Assembly: GCA_028534125.1 (NCBI GenBank) | Contig: CM052825.1 | Location: 25,606,001 to 25,670,000, forward strand | Origin: Lama glama | Lineage: Eukaryota | Direction: 5' to 3' | DNA length: 64,000 nt | In this document: positions 55,578 to 64,000 of the stretch, piece after piece | Layout of the letters: every line of letters begins with the position of its first letter | Numbering within the stretch: position 1 is the first letter of the stretch | Position numbers and translations under genes: made by a program | The notes under the pieces: model-generated | The model's input: the letters and a program-made list of their open reading frames with translations, nothing else | Told to the model about the DNA's origin: nothing | Database searches by the model: none

Positions 55578-55945
55578 GATGATGAATAGATAAGAAAATG
55601 TGATTTATCTGTAAATTTAGGATATTATTCAAGACTCTCTGACACGGGTTACATTAAGGGTCAACCTCGAGGACATTATGCTATGTGAAATAAGCCAGAC
55701 AGAAGACGACAAATCCTGTCTGATCCCACTTACAAGAGGGCCCTGAAGGAGTCAAATTCCTAGAGACAGGGTGCTGGGGAGGGGAAATGGGGACAGAGTT
55801 TCCATTTGGGAAGATGAAAAGGTTCTGGAGGTGATGGTAGAGATGGTCACATAACAGTGTGAATGCACTTAATGCCCCTGAGCTGTGCACTTTGAATGGT
55901 TATGGAAAATATTATGTCGTGTGTATTCTACCACAATTAAAAATA
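55578..55945 (+). mobile_element. L1MB-like 3' end fragment
   Basis: ggacattatgctatgtgaaataagccagacagaagacgacaaa...gttctggaggtgatgg...gaatgcacttaatgcc...ccacaattaaaa. Confidence 0.85.
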
Positions 55946-57538
55946 TGTAGGAATACTTAGCTAACCTCTGATGGGAAAGACCTCTCAAAAATTTTTTTTT
56001 AAGTGTAGGAATTTCCTAAGCAGAAGAATGACAGGTTTGACTTTGTAAAAATAGAAAATATTGCTTTACATGAGTCCTGAAGCCAAAATGTAGAACCCTA
56101 GGAAGTCCTTCTGCTTTGGGGAGAGTGAGGGTGCTCATGCTGTTTAAAGGAGCCCCCAGATGGACAAAGAAAACTTGAGAGGAGATAGAAGATTCATCTG
56201 TGCAGGAAGGGGCGAAAATCATCCTAGTGGCCGTGGGCCCGGAGTGCTCCTTCCTCACCACCAAGAGCGTCAGTGACCAGGTATTCTTATTTCCAAGCTG
56301 TCTGGTCACCACCATCATCCCCGATCCTTGGGGAACCCATGGGCAGGGCTCGTGGGCCCCAGCAGGTAGCTCCAGAGGACACACAGAGGGAGGCCATAGC
56401 CAGGCATCAAGAGGAGAGACCCGAGGCAACACAGTCCCGTCTCAGGTGAGCCTCGGTCCCCTCCCCCTCTGCACTCAGGCCTGATGACCTCCAGAACATG
56501 GTCCCCAAAAGACCAGACCACCTTCCAGGGTCGGCAACAGGAGCCTGACAGCATGTAGAAGGGAGAGGGGAGAGTGGGCATTCAGTCCCCAAGTCAGCTG
56601 CTGCCCTCAGCTGCAGGAGGGGCTTTGGTCTTCTTGTTCTTATAACTCTGACCCCACCCTTCAGGTTGTACAACCCCCACCAGGCCCCACTCGCCCACCA
56701 CTCTGCAAAATGTCCTTTAACTAAATCCTCCTCCAACTGCCCAAGTGGAGGGGTCGCCTGTTTCCTCGTGCATGTGGCGGGGGGGAATGTGGGAGGGGCG
56801 TGGGGAACCATGTAGGTGTGGAGCATAAGTGTATCATGGCCAGTCCCCACTGCCCAGGGGTCAGTTTCCCCCATCACTCAATGCCATTCAGTTATTCATT
56901 CAACAAACATGCTTCAGAGCTGTGGTGGCTGGACTAGCCCTCAGGAGTCAGGATGGCACCAGACAGTCTGTACAGGACAGAACAGTGCATTTGCCTGCAA
57001 TGAAGGGGAGGTGGTGGTGTAGGGGCTGAGTTCCCCCATCAGCCAGAGTGGAGGAGGCGGTCACAGACCCAGTGGTCCCTCCAGGTCCTCAGTCCACCAA
57101 GCCCTTCAGATCCAGGGTTCTGTGGGGCCCTGATAGGTGACCCACAAAGACCTTCTCAATGTTAATCAGCTCCCTGACTTCCCCAAAGGGAATCACAACT
57201 CCCAGCCTCCAGGTTCCCGTGGGAAGTTCTACCTGGTGTCTACCCATGGTCTGCCCTCCTCCTGCCCCAGACACCCAAGAGGGTGGGCTCTTCCTGACCC
57301 CTCCTTTGAGTCCCACCCAGGGCACCCCTCACTCAGCCTCCAGGGTGGGCCAGCCTCATTTTCCCTGATGGTAGGCTGCAACACTGGCTCTGCCTGTGGG
57401 GGCTGCACCGCAGTCACCTGCTCCTCCCACCCTGTACCCAACCCTGCCCCATCCCAATCCCAGATGCTGCCTCACCCTGCCCCCCAGGCCGGATTTCCTG
57501 AGCAGGGTCACTCTGGGAGCCACTGGAGCCCAGTGGCC

Positions 57539-57544
57539 AATAAA
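57539..57544 (+). terminator. Possible distal polyadenylation signal for C1QTNF8
   Basis: AATAAA on the + strand between C1QTNF8 and the SSTR5 3' end; the true site could equally lie in the gap. Confidence 0.25.
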
Positions 57545-57964
57545 ACCCACTGATGCGGAGAGAAAGCCGGTAAAGCAGGTCGGTCACCCACCTGCCGCCG
57601 CCGAGGGTGTTTGTTCTGAGCTCCCCCAACTCAGGGCCTGCAGACCTGGGACCTGTAAGCAGTGTGGTAGCTCTGTGGCCGCCACAGCTGTACCTAACCT
57701 GTGCTGGGTGTGGAGAGCAGTTGCCAGGCCAGGCTGCATCCCTAGGCCCACCGGGCCATGTCCATTGGTTCTCTGGGCTCACGTTCCTCCTGGGAATCTC
57801 CTGTCCCTGCTCCTCAACAGGCCCTCGGGGTGCCCAGGGCTTCGGAGACTGTTCACGCTTGCCAAGCCTGATCCCCAGCTCCCACTCAGACCCAAGGTAC
57901 ACAGCCTGCCTGGAATCGCCCAGAACATCCCACAGGCTCCTCCACCCACTGGGTCCATCAGGCC

Positions 57965-58095
57965 CTGGGCACACACACTCATACACACAGATACATAACA
58001 TGCACTCTCACACACACAGGCACATGCACACAGACTCTCACTCAAGAACACATGTACGCACACACACACAAGCACGCCCACACACTCACATGCCT
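57965..58095 (+). repeat. Degenerate (CA)n low-complexity tract
   Basis: acacacactcatacacacag...cacacacacaagcacgcccacacactcac. Confidence 0.75.
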
Positions 58096-58834
58096 CACAG
58101 GCAGGAACTGGTAAGGGCGCTGCTGGCGTCTGCAGTCCCGACATGGGCACCGCCCTGGGGAGGGAGCTCGGGATGTCAGATCAATTGGGAGAAATTGACC
58201 GGGGCAGATATTTCCGAGCCATCTGCTCGCTTGCCAAAGTCATTCTGAGCAGATGCACTTTGCATCTGAACCCAGGGGTGGCCTGACCATGCACTGGGGA
58301 AAGGCTGGTTGAACAGGCCTCAGTTTCTCCCAGGGAACCAGCCCCTCCCTGGATGCTGGTCCCCAGGGCCCAGCTGGGGTCGGTTTTGTCACCAGCTCCC
58401 GGTGACTCTGATGCCAGGCTCTGTGGCCGCAACTACCCAGGACAGAGCCCAGGAGTGGAGGAGACTCTGCCTAGGGCCAGGGAGGCAGCTGGGTCCCCAA
58501 GCACCCAGGGGTGGGAGTAGGGGTCCCAAATGAGCCTCCCACTCCCCTCACCCACCAGCCATGGAAGGAGCAGACGCCCCTCACCCCCACCCCACATCCT
58601 CCAGGACAAATACTGATCCTGCCACCCCCAGGAGGTGATGGGACAGCCCCGCCTGTCACTTCTTTTGGCCACTTGTTTACACTCTGCCCGTGTTATCGTC
58701 TAAGCACCCTGCTGCCCACTTCCATCTGGGTGTCTGCCCACCCCTTTCCCAGCCACGGACGATCCACTTGCTCTGATTTGCACTGGCTTCGATCGGCTCC
58801 AGGGACAATATTTGCTCTGGGAAAGAGTCAAACA

Positions 58835-58852
58835 TTTATTCTCTAATTTATT
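58835..58852 (-). terminator. Tandem SSTR5 polyadenylation signals
   Basis: TTTATT at 58835-58840 and 58847-58852 (AATAAA twice on the minus strand), about 610 nt after the stop. Confidence 0.7.
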
Positions 58853-59428
58853 CAGGGAGCGGTTGTCAAACACAAGCGCCCTCATTATGTGATCTCGTTT
58901 CCAGGGCTTGGTCTCTGTCTGGGGTCCTTGCCGAGGCCCAGGCCGTGCTGGCCTTCCTCCTGCCCAACACGGATCTGTCTGTTCCCCACGCCTTCCTGGG
59001 GTTGGCGTCTGGCTCTGCGCAGACTTGGGAAGCCCAAGTGGGCCGGCTGACCCCTACATTCTGGTTCTCCTTCCAGCCTCACGGAGGCCCAGGCACCCAG
59101 GATCCCACAGGCCTCTCCCAGCGAGGCTGGCGGGCATCTTCTCTAGGACCTGTTTCAGAACTGGGGGCAGGAGGAGCCAGCGTTTCTGGGATATGGACAG
59201 GACCACTCTAGCTGCAGACTGGGAAGCAGAATTCTTTGGGGACCTGGCGTTTGCGTATGCCCACGCGGTCTCTCCAGTCTGCTGTTTGCCTTGCGAGGCT
59301 GCCCCCCGCCCCCCTCCGCTGCTGTCTGGATATTTCCCCTCTTCTGCTCCAGTCCTCCTCCCTCTCCAGACTAAAAGCTGAAGAGGTGGCTGTGGGCTTC
59401 TGCGCCCTTGTCTGCCCCTCCCTACACA

Positions 59429-59453
59429 CCCGCCCCACCCGCCCCACCCGCCC
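59429..59453 (-). repeat. 9-bp G-rich tandem repeat / G-quadruplex motif in SSTR5 3'UTR
   Basis: mRNA sense GGGCGGGUGGGGCGGGUGGGGCGGG. Confidence 0.75.
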
Positions 59454-59459
59454 TCGGCC

Positions 59460-60560
59460 TCACAGTTTGCTGGTCTGCATGAGCCCGTTGGCCTCGCAGC
59501 TGCGTGCAGGCGGCGTGGCCTCCTGTGGCCGGCCACTGTGGCCAGGCCGTGGCTCAGTGGCCTCCACATCCTCTGTGCCGTAGCCCTTGCGGAGGCACAG
59601 AACCTTCCGGAAGCTCTGGCGGAAGTTGTCAGAGAGGAAGCCATAGAGCAGAGGGTTGGCGCAGCTGTTGGCATAGGACAACACAACCACGAAGAAGTAG
59701 GCGCCAGCAGAGGCGGGCTCCTCCGGCAGCACGAAGGCCAGGTTGACGATGTTGACAATGAAGAAGGGTAGCCAGCAGCCCACAAACACCAGCACCACCA
59801 CCACCACCATGCGTGTCACCTTGCGCTCCGAGCGTCGCCGCGTGGAGCCCACGCGCACACCTGATGCCTTCAGCTTCACCACGATGAGCAGGTAGCAGAG
59901 GCAGATGACCAGCAGCGGCCCAAAGAAGCCCAGCACAGACGTGTAGATGATGAAGACGGCGCCCCACAGGCCCACGGGCTCCGGCCAGCTGAGGTTGCAG
60001 GTGTTCCAGCCCTCCTGGATGTCCGCGAAGACCACCAGCGGCAGCGACATGACCAGCGAGAAGGTCCAGACCGCGGCACTGGCCAGCTTGGCCACCCGGG
60101 GGCGGCGCCAGCGGGCAGAGCGGATGGGGTGGACGACAGCCAGGTAGCGGTCCACGCTCATGACGGTCAGGCAGAAGATGCTTGTGAACTGGTTGATGCC
60201 ATCCAGAGTCATGACCAGGCGGCACAGCACGGGGCCAAAGGGCCAGTAGGAGATGGCGTTCTGTGTGGCCAGGAAGGGCAGCCCCAGCATAAGGAGCACA
60301 TCAGCCACGGCCAGGTTGAGGATGTAGATGTTGGTGACCGTCTTCATCTTGGCGTGGCGCAGCACCACATAGATGACCAGTGCATTGCCGCCCAGTCCCA
60401 CCGTGCATACCAGCAGGTAGAGCACAGGCACCACCACTGCCCGGGCACCCGGTGAGGGCGCTGGCCCCACCAGCGTCCCGTTCTCACTGCTGCCGCTGCT
60501 GGTGGCTGCCGAGGAGGAGTTCCAGCTGGTGGGCAGGGAGGCCGGGAACAGAGGTTCCAT
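59460..60560 (-). CDS. SSTR5: Somatostatin receptor type 5 (class A GPCR), 366 aa, intronless CDS
   Basis: MEPLFPAS N-terminus; 7 TM segments; [14 protein letters not shown]; DRY; CWLPF; somatostatin-receptor signature [11 protein letters not shown]; C-terminal QTSKL. Confidence 0.99.
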   Translation of the reverse strand: MEPLFPASLPTSWNSSSAATSSGSSENGTLVGPAPSPGARAVVVPVLYLLVCTVGLGGNALVIYVVLRHAKMKTVTNIYILNLAVADVLLMLGLPFLATQNAISYWPFGPVLCRLVMTLDGINQFTSIFCLTVMSVDRYLAVVHPIRSARWRRPRVAKLASAAVWTFSLVMSLPLVVFADIQEGWNTCNLSWPEPVGLWGAVFIIYTSVLGFFGPLLVICLCYLLIVVKLKASGVRVGSTRRRSERKVTRMVVVVVLVFVGCWLPFFIVNIVNLAFVLPEEPASAGAYFFVVVLSYANSCANPLLYGFLSDNFRQSFRKVLCLRKGYGTEDVEATEPRPGHSGRPQEATPPARSCEANGLMQTSKL

Positions 60561-60568
60561 TGCAGCCG

Positions 60569-60635
60569 CTGCAGGCAGGACAGGGAGAGCGGGAGCGCTG
60601 GGCGCGTCCTCTGCAAGAGAATGAAGGACACAGAG
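60569..60635 (-). other. Splice acceptor(s) of an SSTR5 5'-UTR intron
   Basis: Minus strand tgtccttcattctcttgcag| (AG at 60611-60612) and ctctccctgtcctgcctgcag| (AG at 60569-60570); the upstream non-coding exon was not identified in this window. Confidence 0.55.
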
Positions 60636-61639
60636 CGACTGACCTGGAGGGCGTCTCCCGTGTGCCCAGCCCCACCTGCCCTGGGTGGCACAGGATTACC
60701 CCACGGCGGCAGGTAAACATGATTACTCATGTTCAACTGGACCAGGAATCACATTAAGCAAATTGTTTGGAAAACAAGCCCAGAGAGGAAGGAGCAGCGG
60801 GGCAGCAGCTGCGGAGGCCACGGGCAGGCAGCCCCATGAGCCGACACCGTCTATCGATACCACGATGGCTCCCAGAGACCCAACCTCCCCCACGCCCCTC
60901 CCCGCCCTGGCTGCCTCCCTTTCCACTCAGCCACGGCCATCCTCGAGCCTCTGGCTGGCACCCTCTCACTGAGGCCTTGTGGAGTCCTGGGAGTGGACCT
61001 GATAGCCCCCAACTTGCAGGTAAGGGACTGAGGACAGTGGGAGTCACCTCCTTAGAGACCTGTAGGGTGGTGGAGAGGGGTGGAGGGATGATAGGGAGGC
61101 TGAGACATCAGCCGGACATGGCTAGCCCATGCTAGCCAGAAGTGCAGTGACACCTGCCAGACCCGCTCTCCTGGGTGACCCCAGAGCTGGACTCCAGGTG
61201 GCCTCCTGGAACCTCTAGGAGGGTGTCAGGCTTCCCATGTGGCTGAAAAGGCAGACCCAGGCTGCAGAGGTTCTGCCAGCATCTACCAGTCTCTCAAGAA
61301 CACAGTACCCTGGTGAGCCATGTCTATGCCACCCCCCAGTGAGCCCTGGCCATGTGGCCATGATGAGTTGGTTTCCCTGCCCCCAACGGCTACCCCCTGC
61401 CCATAGCATGGATGTCGCTGGGCCAAAGAGATGATCCAGGACATGGCTGCATGAGGGCACACACTCGGGGGTGGGTCCATCACCCCTACCCCAAGGACAC
61501 CACATTTGAAGCCCCAGGCAGAGGACCCAGAGTGGGAATAGGCAGATGAAGACCCTGACACACCGTGAACAAGCGAACCCATGACAGGCACAGATGAATT
61601 ATTGCCTGAGCCACAGGCCAGGAGGACATGCATGTGTGT

Positions 61640-62560
61640 GGGGGACACTGGGGGAGGAGGGAGTGTGAAAGTGTATCATCTTGGGGAGTGGATGGAGAGA
61701 AAGCCTTCAGCTGTGTGATGTGTTTGTAGAGAAAGAGCCAGGACGCAGAGGGAAATCTTGGCATCTGTGGTTCCAGATGACGGGCACACGTGGATCTGTT
61801 ACATCATTTTTGGACTTTTCTGTGTGTTTGAAATAGTTCATAAAAATGGTGACACAGAGGAGAAAATAAGCACCTCCGTTGATGAGAAGTTGAGGACGGG
61901 AAGATGGGGGCTGACGTCTCGGAAAGCACTACACAGGGGATGGGGGCTGGCAGGGAGTCTAAGTGCCTCCAGGGGTCCCGATAAGGGCCTGAGCAGGGCT
62001 GGAAAGGGCTGTGATGACCATCCAGGGTCAGCTGACCCCATGCCCACGAGCCACCTCAACATAGACGATACCCCAGCAGCTGCCAAGCCTGGACTGGGGA
62101 CCCCTGGGTTGAGGGGAAACTGAAATCTGGTAGACAAGGTGGGAAGCAGAATAAACAATGCTGACAGTGATAGAGAGAAGCCTCCGCTCCGGATGGGCAG
62201 ACACACCTGGACGTCCAAATTCATGCTAACTGACCCTGGGAAACAAGACCCAGAAAATCGGCAATAAAAAGGTGGATCGGTGGACTTGTTTCAGGTGAAA
62301 TAAAGTAAATAAACACTGACATGCTTAGACACTTTGAAATATTTAGGGTCCTCAATAGGCATGGATAAAAATATGAAATGAATTTGGCTTCTGTCAAAGA
62401 AGTAAAATGAACAAGAGCCTATTTTTGAAAATTACAACTCTTGGGTGTGAAAAATCATCATCTGGGTTAAAAAAAAAAAGCCCCACAGAAGTCAGGATCA
62501 ACTGCCATCTGGATACAGCTGAAGAGAGAATTGGGGGATTGAAAGAGCAGGAGCAGAGGT
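61640..62560 (+). mobile_element. Degenerate old L1 fragments (L1ME 3' end and ORF1-like region)
   Basis: ttttctgtgtgtttgaaatagttcataaaaa; A-rich gaaaattacaactcttgg...acagctgaagagagaattggg. Confidence 0.5.
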
Positions 62561-62949
62561 GGGGGTAGCTGAGGCCACAGGGGCTCCAGCAGCCAGAAGG
62601 AAAGAGAACATTTTCTGTGTTTCACTGGATTTGCTGCCCTGTATATTGTGACCTAATCTGAGGTGTATGACCCAAAAAAGGCCAAGGTAGGATGTTTGGG
62701 GATGACTGCATTTCAAGACAAAGCTGGGTCCCTCGGCCTGAGCTCTGGGCCCTCAGGAAGGGGTGAGCCTGGGTTGGAGGTGGAGGCAGGGCAGGGCTGA
62801 GCCCATACTCCCAGGTGTTCATTCAGCCTTTGCACCCAGCTGGGAGGAGGGCCTCCTGGGGCAGGCTTGCTCCCGAAGGCAGGATCGGTCTGATGATCGG
62901 GGCCTGGCACAGAGGGGGCTCCCTTCACATTTTAAAAAGAAATAAAAGA

Positions 62950-63128
62950 GGTGAAGGGTAGAGCTCAGTGGGAGAGTGCATGCCTCGCATGCATGAGATT
63001 CTGGGTTCAATGTCCAGTACCTCCATTAAAAATAAATGAATAAACCTAATTATCCTCCCCCACAAAATAAAAAAATAAAATTAAAATAAATAAATTTTTT
63101 AAAAGATTAAGATAAAAAACATAAAATA
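62950..63128 (+). mobile_element. tRNA-derived SINE, camelid Vic-type
   Basis: gggtagagctcagtgggagagtgcatgcctcgcatgcatgagattctgggttcaatgtccagtacctccattaaaaataaa...cctaattatcctcccc; Pol III A box (~62959-62971) and B box (~63004-63015); A-rich tail. Confidence 0.85.
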
Positions 63129-63787
63129 AGGTTTCAAGCCCCCTTGAGGGTAAGTGGGGAATGAATTCTAGGACAGTGGTCTGGAGACAGCCGGGTTAGT
63201 TGTATAGGCATCTAGGTGGAGAGTCCCAGGGGCTACACCCTCCCCAGAAAATGCCCAAAGAGGGGCTTTCAGGGGGCTGGGTGGTGAAGAATGATGCGCC
63301 TCTGAAGGAAGGGGTTAGAAGGGTTCAGAGCACCTGAATGTGATTTTGACTCTAAAGCAGATGAGCACCTTGTCTCTAGGAAGCTCTCCACTGCTCAGGG
63401 CTCCTCTGAGGCCGCTGCCAGATCTCCCCACTGCCCAGAACCCAGAGTGGGCCAAGTAGATGGTCGGGGCTCCCTGCCATCCCCTGAACACCCCAACTCC
63501 TGAGTTAAACTTCAGAGCAGTAAACAAAATTAGGTCGACATAGCTGCACCCGCCTCTTGGAACATAATTCCAAGCCATTATTCATTCAGAGACAGCAATC
63601 TTCTTAGTTACAGAAATCACACACTCATGGGGAAATCATCCCCTTGGTCCGTTTCCTCTGCAGCTTGGGGATTCAGTGGGGGAGGGTCTGTGGAAGGACC
63701 AAAGGCCGACTCTGGCTTTCTCACCCAGATCCCCTCTTCCAGGAAGGGACTGCCCACCCACTGCTGCAACACAGGAATAGATGCTGG

Positions 63788-63822
63788 CCCCTGCCCCGTC
63801 CCTGCCCCGTCCCTGCCCAGCC
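63788..63822 (+). repeat. 11-bp tandem repeat (CCCTGCCCCGT) x~3
   Basis: ccctgccccgtccctgccccgtccctgcccagc. Confidence 0.7.
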
Positions 63823-63839
63823 CACCCCTACACACTCGC

Positions 63840-63990
63840 CAAGTAGTCTTGGGTAAGTCACGCCACTTCTTTGAACCCCGGATTTCCATGCTAAGTGACC
63901 CCTTCAAAGTTGCTGAGCAGAGGAATGAGCTCAGGTGAGCAAGAGGCTGCATGCGGTGCCCGACACACAATAGGTGCTAAATCACTGCTC
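63840..63990 (+). mobile_element. MIR fragment
   Basis: cttgggtaagtcac...cttctttgaacc...gtgcccgacacacaataggtgctaaat. Confidence 0.55.
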
Positions 63991-64000
63991 CCGATCCGCC

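Noticed and set aside
59463-59471. C-terminal SKL of SSTR5 as a peroxisomal targeting signal
   Set aside because: In this 7-TM receptor it is the known PDZ-binding motif (T-S-K-L); PTS1 import applies to soluble matrix proteins
62955-63025. tRNA gene
   Set aside because: A/B boxes are present but the stems are degenerate and followed by a SINE body and A-rich tail

Overview
GC-rich mammalian genomic DNA, most likely from a camelid, judging by a Vic-type tRNA-derived SINE at ~62.95 kb. The region is syntenic with human 16p13.3 / mouse chr17 (CACNA1H-[TEKT4]-C1QTNF8-SSTR5-SOX8), shown in reverse orientation. Three protein-coding genes are well supported. TEKT4 (+) has 6 coding exons at 42193-48159 that join to an intact 447-aa protein. 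C1QTNF8/CTRP8 (+) has 2 coding exons from 52841, with its C-terminus lost in a 500-N assembly gap. SSTR5 (-) is a single coding exon at 59460-60560 (366 aa). The first ~42 kb has no credible gene: it contains old L1, L2, CR1, MIR, MLT1/MER21 LTR and MER53 relics plus several candidate enhancer motif clusters. Most ORFs in the six-frame track are GC-rich noise. I found no new gene system. The most interesting non-genic signals are: (1) a divergent CTCF motif pair bracketing TEKT4 exons 1-3; (2) a 58-bp forkhead-motif element duplicated on both sides of TEKT4 exon 1; (3) RFX X-boxes near TEKT4; (4) a PBX-HOX motif cluster at 3-6.7 kb; (5) a strong G-quadruplex motif just after the SSTR5 stop. 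Repeat family names and boundaries are from visual recognition and are approximate.
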